A DNA stretch of 56,160 nt, taken from Prorocentrum cordatum. Its lineage: Eukaryota. A program made the position numbers and the translations under genes. Shown here in pieces: positions 1 through 10,050 of the stretch. Numbering within the stretch: the stretch's first letter is position 1; the number at the start of each line of letters is the position of its first letter. The stretch spans positions 62,001 through 118,160 of the forward strand of contig CAUYUJ010000107.1 in NCBI GenBank assembly GCA_963575745.1, given 5' to 3'. The notes under the pieces are model-generated. The model did not search any database. It was not told where the DNA came from and saw only the letters and a list, made by a program, of their open reading frames with translations.

Positions 1-2389
1 TGTTAGAGCTTCCAGGGAGCTTTCACATACCATGTTAACGCTCCAAGGGAGCTCCCACTGAGCTCTAAGATGCTACGTTAAAGCTCCGTTGGAGCTCGGT
101 ATTTTAGAGCTCCCAGGGAGCTCTAACATAGGAGCTCTAATAAATCATGTTAGAGCCCCCATGGCAGCTCTAACATACTCGAACATGCTATGTTAGAGCT
201 CCGTTGGAGCTCTAACAAGCCATGTTAGAGCTCCGCCGGAGCACTAATATACCATGTTAGAGCTCCCAAGAAGCTCTAACATACTCGAACATGCTATGTT
301 AGAGCTCCGTTGGAGCTCTAACAAGCCATGTGAGAGCTCCCACGGAGCTCTAACATACCATGTTAGAGCTCCACCGGGGAGCTCTAACATACTGGAACAT
401 GCGATGTTGAGCCCCCAGGGAGCTCCCACTGAGCTCTAACATGCCATGTGTAGAGCTCCCTTGGAGCTCGGTATTTTTAAGAAGCTCCCAGGGGGCTATA
501 ACATGGGAGCTCTAACATACCATGTTAGAGCTCCGTTGGAGCTCTAACATACTCGAACATGCCATGTTAGGGCTCCGTTGGAGCTCTAACAAGCCATGTT
601 AGAGCTCCCATGGAGCTCTAACAAGCCATGTTAGAGCTCCCAGGGAGCTCTAACACACTCGAACATGCCATGTTAGAGCTCCGTTGGAGCTCGAACAAGC
701 CATGTTAGAGCTCCCGCGGAGCTCTAACATACCATGTTAGAGCTCCCAGGGAGCTCTTACATACTGGAACATGCTATGTTAGAGCTCCGTTGGAGCTCTA
801 ACATACCACGTTAGAGCTCCCACGGAGCTCTAACATACCATGTTAGAGCTCCCAGGGAGCTCTAACATACTCGAACATGCTATGTTAGAGCTCCGTTGGA
901 GCTCTAACGTGCCATGTTAGAGCTCCTACGGGGCTATACCATGCCATGTTAGAGCTCCCAGGGGACTCTAACATACTGGAACCTGCTATGTTAGAGCTCC
1001 GTCGGGGCTCTAACAAGACATGTTGGAGCTCCCGTGGAGCTCTAACATAGCATGTTAGATCTCCCAGGGAGCTCTAACATATTGGAACCTGCTATGCTAG
1101 AGCTCCGTTGGAGCTCTAACATGCCATGTTAGAGCTCCCACGGGGCTCTAACATACCATGTTAGAGCTCCCAGGGAGCTCCCACTGAGCTCTAACATGCT
1201 ATGTTCAAGCTCCGTTGGAGCTCGGTATTTGAGAGCCCCCAGAGAGCTGTAACATGGGAGCTCTAATATAGCATGTTCGAGCTCCCTGGGGTCCCTAACA
1301 TACTCGAACGTGCTATGTTAGAGCTCCGTTGGAGCTCTAACAAGCCATGTTAGAGCTCCCACGGAGCTCTAGCATACCATGTGAGAGCTCTCAGGGAGCT
1401 CTCACATACTGGAAAAAGCTATGTTAGAGCTTCGTTGGAGCTCTTACATGCCATGTTAGAGCTCCCACGGAGCTCTAACATACCATGTTAGAGCTCCCAG
1501 GGAGCGTTAACCTACGCGAACGTGCTATGTTAGAGCTCCCAGGGAGTTCCCACGAGCCTAACATGCCGAATTTAAAGCTCCGTTTTGGAGCTCGTATTTT
1601 AGAGCTTCCCGGGAGCTCTAACATGAGAGCTCTAATATAGCATGTTAGAGCTCCCAGGGAGCTCTAACATACTACTACCATGCTATTTTTAGAGCTCCGT
1701 TGGAGCTCTAACAACAGCCATGTTAGAAGGCTCCCACGGAGCTACTAACTACCATGTTAGAGCTCCCAGGGAGCTCTAACATACTGGAACATCTATTTGA
1801 GCTCCGTTGGAGCTCTAACATACCATGTTAGAGCTCCCAGGGAGCTCTAACATACTGGAACATGCTATGTTAGAGCTCCGTTGGAGCTCTAACATACCAT
1901 GTTAAAGCTCCCACGGAGCTCCAACATAGAATGTTAGAGTTCCCAGGGAGCGCTAGCATACTCGAACATGTCATGTTAGAGCTCCGTTTGAGCTCTAACA
2001 AGCCATGTTAGAGCTCCCGCGGAGCTTTAACATACCATGTTAGAGCTCCCAGGGAGCTCTAACATACTGGAACATGCTATGTTAGAGCTCTCAGGGAGCT
2101 CTAACATACTGGAACATGCTATGTTAGAGCTCCCAGGGAGCTCCCACTGAGCTCTAACATGCTATGTTAAAGCTCCGTTGGAGCTCGGTATTTTAAAGCT
2201 TCCAGGGAGCTCTAACATGGGAGCTCTAACGTGCTATGTTAGAGCTCCCTGGTAGCTCTAACCTACCCGCCGCCGCCGCCGCCGCCTCCTCAGAGCTCCC
2301 ACGGAGCTCTGACATACGATGTTTGAGCTCCCAGGGAGCTCTAACATAATCTAACATACGATGTTAGAGCTCCATTGGAGCTCTAACAT
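1..2389. repeat. Palindromic satellite, unit TGTTAGAGCTCC-(CAG/GTT/CAC)-GGAGCTCTAACA plus short linkers
   Basis: Dozens of tandem 32-42 bp units. Each core is a 12-bp inverted repeat with a 3-nt loop. Loop and linker variants recur in a roughly three-unit higher-order pattern. Runs off the left edge of the window. Confidence 0.97.
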
Positions 2390-2705
2390 GCGATCGGATT
2401 CTCGGGCCCTGGCTGTCGACTCCCGTCGGGAGGGCCGAGTGGTCGAGGGGCCTCCCGACGGAGGGCCCTCGCAGATGAGTCATCGTGCGGCGCCCCCCGA
2501 CAGTCCGACGGTCTCCCCCGTGGCCGGTGGCCCATGGCCCGTGACCCGTCGTCGTCGTCACCGTCCGTCGGCGTCGCTGCCTCAGCCTCAGCCGTCTGCA
2601 GTTCGAAGGTCCAGCGTTTTGGCTGTACTCCTCCTCAGCCTGAGCAGGCGACCCCCCTCCCCCGCCTCGGAGTCAGGCGTCGACGCGGCGTCGACGCTCG
2701 CCCCG

Positions 2706-3386
2706 ATGGCCGCGATGGCAGCATCTGGGCCGTCGACGATCCAGCTTCGTGCGACCATCAATGGAGATGGAGTCGTGGTGGGCGGTGCGACCATCAACAA
2801 TGGAGATGGAGTCGTGGCGGGCGGCGGCGGCGACGACCAGCGCGCCCCGGGGGCCGCCGCCGTGTTCCAGCATGTGGTTCATGTGCCAGCTGCTGGTGGT
2901 GGTGGCGCTGCGGCCGCAGGCCCTGTGGGCGCCGCTGCAGCTCCGGGTGGCGCACGGGCCGCACTCCCACTCCCACCCCCAGCACTTCCTGTCGCTGCCG
3001 CTGGGCAGCCTCCTCCTGTCGCTGTGCAGCCTGGGCAGCCTGGGCTGCCTCCGCCGGCGCCAGCGGGGCAAGCCTTGGAGGTGCCCGAGGGGTCTGAGGC
3101 CAACGAATTCGGCTGGCCAGCCACTGCGCCGTGGATCGCACCGCACTTCCGCCGGATCTTGCCCCTCGCGGCTGGCGCGCTCGGGTATCACAGCAGCCGC
3201 GTGATGGCCCGCTATCGCGGCGTTGACATCTGCACCGTATGCGGCGGCTTCTCTGAGCGTGTATGTTCCAGGAAGCTCTGCGCGCCCTGTTCAGGGATCC
3301 GCAGTGATCACTATGGCAGGCGCAACCTTCTTCGCATGCGCGTCGGCCACCACCCCAAAACTAACCGCGATCTTGCGGGCTGCTAG
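2706..3386 (+). CDS. Pro/Ala/Gly-rich protein with C-terminal His/Cys putative Zn-binding motif
   Basis: Within ORF 2361-3386; plausible start MAAMAAS at 2706. C-terminus YHSSRVMARYRGVDICTVCGG...LCAPC...GRRNLLRMRVGHHP has an H-CxxC-C pattern like C-terminal motifs of non-LTR element proteins. Short internal duplication at about 2751-2825. Confidence 0.5.
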   Translation: MAAMAASGPSTIQLRATINGDGVVVGGATINNGDGVVAGGGGDDQRAPGAAAVFQHVVHVPAAGGGGAAAAGPVGAAAAPGGARAALPLPPPALPVAAAGQPPPVAVQPGQPGLPPPAPAGQALEVPEGSEANEFGWPATAPWIAPHFRRILPLAAGALGYHSSRVMARYRGVDICTVCGGFSERVCSRKLCAPCSGIRSDHYGRRNLLRMRVGHHPKTNRDLAGC

Positions 3387-3994
3387 CGTGGTGAGGGCCC
3401 GCCACGCGCCGCGCGCTGGAGTAAATGGGGGGAGGAGGGGTGGGGGGAGATGGGGGCGAGGCGATATGATCAGAGATTTTGACGACCGTGACGACGACCG
3501 CGACGACGACGACGCGACGACGACCCGACCCGACTCGCCCTTAATCCTTAGGCCTCATCTGCATTCTGTGCCCTGCAGGACGCCGCCCCCGCGGCTGCTT
3601 CCCACGGTCCGTCGGCCCGATGCCACGCGCGCGCTCGATGCGAGGCCGCGTGGGCTGCAGCATGCGCGCCGTCTCATCCCCCGCCCCGCAGCGCGCGCCC
3701 CCCCCCCCCCACTGGCACCACTGGACGTTTGCGCAAGTGTCGGGCTTATGCCGATCGGATCAACGCCCCATGGCTCCAGGCCCCCCCAGGGCTCCCCCCC
3801 CCCGACTACATGAATTATCCGACGCTGTCCGCCGCGAGGGCGGGGGGGGAGGGGGGGCGCGCTGTAGCTGTTCTCTGTTCTATCGGCTAGCGCAGTCAGT
3901 CGAAACCTTCGGCCTGGCAGCGAATTTCGAAAGCATAACAGATTTATGGGGTTCTGGATCTACTAGGACTCAAAAAATGAGTGCGTTGAAGATT

Positions 3995-4115
3995 GGGATC
4001 TCCTCTTGACGCCCTGAGGGGCGAGGAATTTCTGGCAATCTCTCTTGAGGCCCTGTGGGGAGATAGAACTTCTGGGATCTCCTCTTGAGGCCCTTAGGGT
4101 AGTTAGAATTTATTG
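3995..4115. repeat. Three ~40-bp degenerate direct repeats (ATCTCCTCTTGAGGCCCT...GG)
   Basis: Copies near 3995, 4037 and 4074, upstream of the large ORF. Confidence 0.6.
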
Positions 4116-4461
4116 GTGCCGTTGGGGTCTTGCAAAATCTCTTGGCCCACCCATCAAGAGCTGGTAGGCCATCTGGGGGGAACTCGACAGGCTCTTGGCG
4201 CCCTCGCTCGCTGAAAATGCATTAATCTTCGCATTGCTTCGAGGGAATGGGCGACTTCCGACATCCGTGAGTTCGTCTAGAATTGGTTGCGGCTATTTTC
4301 GCTCTGCTTCCTATCCGCCCTCTGGACGTTCCATCGGCTACAACGGCCCCTGTTATTCCATCATTGCCCAATTCCATTCCCACCACGGCTCCAGCCCGAC
4401 CTGCAACAGGCGCGCGAGGTGGAACGGCCAGCCCGCAGCTGAACCAGCCCGCCTGAGCGCG

Positions 4462-7400
4462 ATGAGCGGCTTCGCGGCGCAGCCGTTCAAGGACTTCTGG
4501 ACCGACAAGGTTTCCCCCCTCATCGAGACTGACTTCAAGCGGCTTCTCAAGACCATTCCGAAGCGCGTCGCTGAGATGGCCGAGAAGCCAGACAAGTCGC
4601 AGGAGGACCAGTCGAAGAATATCTCGAAGAAGGACAGCAAGGAGAGAACTCCATTGCAGGAGAAGCTCGCCAGGATCATCGAAGAGTGTAACGAGAAGGG
4701 CGAGCGCAGGAATGCCTATCGGAACCTGGCGTATACGGCGCCCATCGACAACAGTTTCCTGGGGGAGAATATCACGGTGGGCAAGGTGGAGAACGCGGCT
4801 GCGGACATGTTAATGTCGAACGTGCCGACGGGCGACGCGGCTGAAACAGCGAACGACTCTCTTGAGGGCGCTGGCGACGTCGAGTGCACAGCCCAGGGTA
4901 ACCCACAGCGGCGCACCGTGGAGACGCTAAGCCAGGTCAAGGGTGGCAGGCCTTGGAACATCCCGAAGCAGGTTGAGGAAGGGTTCGAGATCCCCATCAT
5001 GCTCACCAGCGTGAACCAGACCGCTGTGCCCGAGATCGGCAAGTTCAAGCGTTTGGGCAGTGGCGTCGTGGTCAACGCTGTCTGGCTGGCCTACTACTGG
5101 GCGAAAGAGGAAGGCAACAGGCAGGCCGCACAAGCGGTGGAGGACTTGATGCTGGATTGGCCCTCCGATTTCGTGCTGATCCCGGGGCGCTCGGCTGAGG
5201 AGGTCGAGGAGAACATGTTCAAGTGGTCTGTCAACCAGAGAGCCCGCCACGAGCGCCTGCGCGATTTCCTCGGTGTCGAGAACCAGAACCTCATGCGCAT
5301 CGTGGCACGTGCGGCGGAAATCTCGAAGAGCGGCGGGCCAGGTGGCGGGAACCCCTCGGCAGAGAATGTGCAGGCGTGGTTGGAGAAAAACATACAGTGG
5401 GGAATGATGCACTGCCCCTGCCTGAGGACCGTCAGGACGCACATGATCAACTGGCTCGCTATCGAAAAGTGCCCAGGGGCATTGCTGCTTTTGGATGCCG
5501 CCGTGAACCGTTGGGGGCGAGACACTCTGCTGGACAAGCCCACGCAGCTTGGGATGATCATCGCGAAGACGGACGCTTTCTCGCTGGGGTACGTCTTGGA
5601 AGGCCTGTACTCGCGGACGTGGCGGAAGAGCGTGAAGGACCCGTACAGCGCCTCCATCATCGGCCAGGTAGTGGCCGAGATCTTGTGGGCGAAGAAGTAC
5701 GTGGCGAACTTTCTGAAACAGTACCCAGACTTGTTCAAAGGGAGCACTGGCTGCAACAGCACTGAAACACCAGACACACAGGAGAACGCCGCCGAGAGAA
5801 AAGTCATGGTCATGGCGAGGCAATACCTCGACTCGCCGCTCAAGTTCTTCGAGGAGACTGAGGGGCCTGACAAGGACTCGACCTGGGTGCAGTCACTGCC
5901 GACCGACGCGCTGCGCTTGGCGATGAGACACTTCTTCGACATAGGCCAGGAATTCTACAAGCAGGAGATCTCTGGCGCCCTAACCCAGCCGTGCGCCGAG
6001 CGCTACAACATGGACAAGTTCCACAGGAGCGCGCGAGTGAACCAGAGGTTCTTCGAGAAGTTCCAGATCGCGCACGACTCCCTCGTGGGAACCCCCCAGG
6101 AACCGTCAGAGGAAAAGCCTGCAGACAGCGACACGGTCGGTGCTGCAACAGCGGGCGGCGCTGGAACAGCGGAGGCGGCCTCCGAGGACAAGAAGAAGAT
6201 CGACGTCTCCCCGAGCGACGTGAATAACTTCAAGGCGCTGTGCGAGCAGCAGTGCTCTACCGTGCTGGATACGCGGGTCGTCGTGATCATGGCGGAGGGC
6301 AGCGCCATGGATACCAACGCTTCGGTTACTAAGACACGCCTATACCAGAACCTCACAGAGAATGCATCAGCGATGGGCTTCTACGATGTCAAGAATGCGA
6401 AGTTGTGCTGCGTCTTCGAGGGGGAAGGCCTCGCGCGCCGTGAGCCCGCGCTGGACGAGCAGGATTTCACACGCTACCTGAAGTCCTTGGAACCGCTGAT
6501 GGTCGGTGGACGGGGCGTGCTGTGCGTGCTGACGGGCCGCGCGCAGTCGAACCTCCCGAAGATCCAGGAGATCCTCGCCGCAAACAAGTTCCGCACGGTC
6601 ACATACCACCTCGCCTACAACACGAAGCAGATGCAGCAGTACGGCCACTTCCAGAGGCAGCGAGGCCTGGCGAACTCGCGCTCGCACGAGGTCATGTTGC
6701 CTTGCTACAAGGGGAGGAAGCCGACGCAACTGGCCATTATCAGGCAGTTCGTGGACGCGGGCAGCCCCCTCTTCAACGAAGTGATGAGGAACGTGCCTGT
6801 CCTGCCGCAGAAGAGCCACGCCCTCGTGCCCAAGCAGGTTCGGGAGACCAGCTTGGCCAGCATGGTCGGCCAGTGCGTCGCCGAGGTGGAGGCGGAGGAG
6901 CGAGAGAAGCTGGGGCATTGCCCCCGTCTCCTCCAGGGGGACGAGGGCGCTGATTGTGGCGCCGAGGCGCGCGACGAAGCTGCGACAGCCGTCCGCCCCG
7001 AGAAGGCCTTCGTGACTGCGGCCGTGAAGAAGCGGAAACTCGACCGCCAGCTCACGGGAACGGAGGTGCCGTGGTTCCCGCACGACAACGACATCGAGCT
7101 CTTCAAGGAGCTCTGCCACGAGGCGGGGAAGCCCAGGTGGGTGTACTTCGGCACGCCTGCGGGCGGCGCAGGCATGCACGGCTGCATCGAGAGCGGTTGC
7201 AGTGTGTTGGCCTTGACTTTCGACGACCACCACGCGAGGGTGCTCAAGCCGTTTCTCGTGGAGCGTGCCGTCGAGGCCATGCTCGGGGGCAGCACCATGG
7301 TGTTCGTGAACGAGGACCTGCTTGCACGCTCTGTGCAGTTGCGCCTGACAAAGGAGGGCCCGAAGGAGGACCCGAAGGATGGGAAGAAGGAGGACGACAA

Positions 7401-7590
7401 CAAGAAGGAGGGCAAGAAGACGGAGGACAAGAAGAAGGACAATAAGGATAATAATAAGAAGGACAAGAAGGATGACAAGAAGAAGGGTAAGAAGGGTAAG
7501 AAGCGCGACGCCGACGCGTCCTCGACCTCAGACTCCTCGCCCTCAGACGACTCCTCGGCCTCGAAGAAGAAGAAGCCGAATACAAGCTGA
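4462..7590 (+). CDS. Intronless ~1042-aa protein: ParB-like region, HTH, divergent beta-class N6/N4 DNA methyltransferase-like domain, Lys/Asp-rich tail
   Basis: Uninterrupted ORF (track 4195-7590; ATG MSGFAAQ at 4462) with strong G/C third positions. C-terminal order F..YLKSLEPLMVGGRGVLCV / HEVMLPCYKG / FPHDNDIELFKEL / VYFGTPAGGAG...GCSVLAL.FDDHH parallels the N6_N4_Mtase pattern. GFEIPIML...KRLGSG...EEVEENMFKWSVNQR resembles ParB. Coding status is strong; the domain calls are moderate. Confidence 0.75.
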   Translation: MSGFAAQPFKDFWTDKVSPLIETDFKRLLKTIPKRVAEMAEKPDKSQEDQSKNISKKDSKERTPLQEKLARIIEECNEKGERRNAYRNLAYTAPIDNSFLGENITVGKVENAAADMLMSNVPTGDAAETANDSLEGAGDVECTAQGNPQRRTVETLSQVKGGRPWNIPKQVEEGFEIPIMLTSVNQTAVPEIGKFKRLGSGVVVNAVWLAYYWAKEEGNRQAAQAVEDLMLDWPSDFVLIPGRSAEEVEENMFKWSVNQRARHERLRDFLGVENQNLMRIVARAAEISKSGGPGGGNPSAENVQAWLEKNIQWGMMHCPCLRTVRTHMINWLAIEKCPGALLLLDAAVNRWGRDTLLDKPTQLGMIIAKTDAFSLGYVLEGLYSRTWRKSVKDPYSASIIGQVVAEILWAKKYVANFLKQYPDLFKGSTGCNSTETPDTQENAAERKVMVMARQYLDSPLKFFEETEGPDKDSTWVQSLPTDALRLAMRHFFDIGQEFYKQEISGALTQPCAERYNMDKFHRSARVNQRFFEKFQIAHDSLVGTPQEPSEEKPADSDTVGAATAGGAGTAEAASEDKKKIDVSPSDVNNFKALCEQQCSTVLDTRVVVIMAEGSAMDTNASVTKTRLYQNLTENASAMGFYDVKNAKLCCVFEGEGLARREPALDEQDFTRYLKSLEPLMVGGRGVLCVLTGRAQSNLPKIQEILAANKFRTVTYHLAYNTKQMQQYGHFQRQRGLANSRSHEVMLPCYKGRKPTQLAIIRQFVDAGSPLFNEVMRNVPVLPQKSHALVPKQVRETSLASMVGQCVAEVEAEEREKLGHCPRLLQGDEGADCGAEARDEAATAVRPEKAFVTAAVKKRKLDRQLTGTEVPWFPHDNDIELFKELCHEAGKPRWVYFGTPAGGAGMHGCIESGCSVLALTFDDHHARVLKPFLVERAVEAMLGGSTMVFVNEDLLARSVQLRLTKEGPKEDPKDGKKEDDNKKEGKKTEDKKKDNKDNNKKDKKDDKKKGKKGKKRDADASSTSDSSPSDDSSASKKKKPNTS

Positions 7591-9004
7591 AACAGAGCAC
7601 AGGCTCGAGCACAGGCTGCAGCATAATTCGACAGCTCCGACGCCGGAGCCAGCCCGCGCGCTCCTGTTCCCGTGCGTGGAGCTGCCACTTGTTTGATTTT
7701 GGAATACAGCAGTCGCGCGCTGGCGGCGTCGCCTCCGTTCTCGTAATGGGACGCGCGCCACATTCTGGCCTGTGCAGTGCACGGCACCTTGCGTACAGAT
7801 AGGACCATAGTCCTCCGTCATCCCTTCGTCGCCATCCGTCGCACTTGGCCCACGGCGCAGGCAAGGCGCAGAGTCAGGTTGCTTGCCTTTCCACAGGGTC
7901 CCCCTGTTGCATCCTACGCTTTCCGTTCTGAAGCTGGGGAGCTGGATAAACGCCAGATGCCATGCCGCCAAGGCCCTTGCATCCTTGCGGCGCTCTGTAG
8001 GGGCGGGCCAGGATGGGGATGCAGCAGGGTGGGGAAGACACGGGAAGCAACGCTCCGATGAGCGGCCGCAGGGGGAGGAGGAGGACGGAGGAGGGGCCCG
8101 CAGGCGTCTCGGTTCACTGAAACTTAGCGGGCCCGCAGGGACGACACTGCCGTCAGCGGGCCTCCGCGGCGATGGCTGCCTCGGGCGGCAGCGGTCGCGA
8201 CAGGGACAAGGTTCTCTTCTATAAGTGGGGCTGTTACCTGCAGGGTGACGGGTCGAACAACGACACGATCGACAAGAAGCTGGGGGATGCCTGCAGCAAT
8301 AGCATGGCCAGGGTGGCAAAAGGGGCCCCTACCGCAAAAGTGACGCTGGGGAAGGTAACGAAGAACAAATGTGTGTTGACGTGGCCAAAGCCAGTTTCGC
8401 ATGACACCTGCACGCGGCTCCGCAAGATTGCGCTGGGCGCCAACTGGAAAGACTATGTGAGCAAGCTTGCGGGGGTGCCAGGGTGCGCGAAATGGGCTGG
8501 AACAGCTAAACGCTGCAGAAGATGAGCCAGCTGTCGCCGAGGGCCACGGTGTCGCAGGAGAAACCCTAGAGGACGCGCTGGGGAAGTGCTCGCTCCCGCC
8601 GCGGACGGGGTATCGGAGCCTGCGCCACCGACAGCTGCTCGTCGCGGGTCTGCTGGTCCGAGAGCGGTGTCCCACGGCGAGGGCCGCGTGAATCTACTTG
8701 CGCTGAAGCTCCACGCGGTCGGGCACGCGTGCGAAAACAAACAGAAGGGCAAGTGCGAGGACCTGCCGCTCGAGCACGACGTGCAGTGGGAAGGAGGGGG
8801 GCTCGGCCAGGGCTCTTTCGGCAAGGTCTACTTGGGCGCGCGACAGGGCGACAAGACTGGCCTTGCGATCAAGATGCTGCGGGACGACCCCAGCGGTGCG
8901 CAGAAGGGGTGCAATGCGGATGCCGTCGGAGGGGCTCTGGATGAGGTCATGCGCCACGGTGTTGTGGGCACGCGCCCGCGTCTCGTTCGCTTACTCGACG
9001 TGGG

Positions 9005-9087
<83 letters not shown>

Positions 9088-9493
9088 CAGGAGGTTGTGC
9101 CCAGGAACTGCAACAGCCCCGAAGAAAGCACACCGAGAACTGCAACAGTCAGCACCAAGGATAGATTGGAAATGGACGGAGCACATCGGCCTCGTGCACG
9201 AGTTGTTCGAGATCGACGCCCGCCAATTCCTCGAGGGGTCATCCTTCGCGCAGACAGGGATGCGCCGCGTCCTGAACAGCGTTCTCGAAGGGCTCCAGCA
9301 CATGCACGACAGGGGCCTCATTCACTGCGACATCAAGCCCGCGAACATCCTGATGCGAGGATCGCCGCAGACGCGCGGCTGCTTCGAGAAGCAGGCACTT
9401 GTATCACGTGAGCTTGGCGAATGGGACCCCGTCGCGCCGTGCCCAAAGAGCAAGCTGCAGTTCGATTGGCAGATCCCGAGTTCCTTCGAGGCG

Positions 9494-9790
9494 CTCGTCG
9501 TCGACGTCGTCGTCGCCGTCGTCGTCGCCGTCGTCGTCGTCGTCCTCCTCCTCCTCGTCCTCCTCGTCCTCGTCGTCCTCGTCGTCCTCGCCGTCCTCGT
9601 CGTCCTCGTCGTCCTCGTCGTCGTCCTCCTCGTCGTCGTCGTCCTTGTCGTCCTCGTCATCCTCGTCATCCTCGTCGTCCTCGTCGTCGTCCTCCTCGTC
9701 CTCGTCGTCGTCGTCCTCGTCGTCCTCGTCATCATCGTCATCCTCGTCATCCTCGTCGTCGTCGTCGTCGTCATCCTCGTCATCATCGTC
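9494..9790. repeat. (GTC/CTC/ATC)n compound microsatellite inside the intron
   Basis: Direct reading. Confidence 0.95.
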
Positions 9791-9819
9791 GTTCCTTCGA
9801 CTAAGATCCCGAGTTGTCA

Positions 9820-10050
9820 GGGCTCACATGGAGCTTTAAAATAGTATGTTAGAGCTCCCAGGGAGCTCGAACATGCTATGTTAGAGCTCCAAGGGAGCTC
9901 TAACATGCCATGTTAGAGCTCCCTGGGAGCTCTAACCTAGCATGTCAGATCTCCCCAGGGAGCTCTAACATAGCATGTGAGAGCTCCGATGGAGCTCTAA
10001 CATAGCGTGTTAGAGCTCCAATGGAGCTCTAACATCGCACGTTAGAGGTC
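9820..10050. repeat. Second patch (~7 units) of the TGTTAGAGCTCC...GGAGCTCTAACA palindromic satellite, intronic
   Basis: Same core unit as 1-2389. Confidence 0.93.

Noticed and set aside
1..2389. CRISPR array
   Set aside because: Repeats are palindromic, but linkers are short and recurrent rather than unique spacers; no cas genes; eukaryotic context.
4195..4461. N-terminal 89-aa extension from a TTG start, and a possible SL relic near 4380-4395
   Set aside because: Non-ATG start with UTR-like composition; CCACGGCTCCAG is too weak a match to the SL.
4353..7864. Antisense and alternative-frame ORFs over the large gene
   Set aside because: Shadows of high-GC3 coding sequence.
9006..9087. Poly-Phe segment or retroposed poly(A) tail
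   Set aside because: The homopolymer sits mid-kinase with no associated insert or TSD; likely a sequencing expansion. The same doubt applies to 41088-41178.
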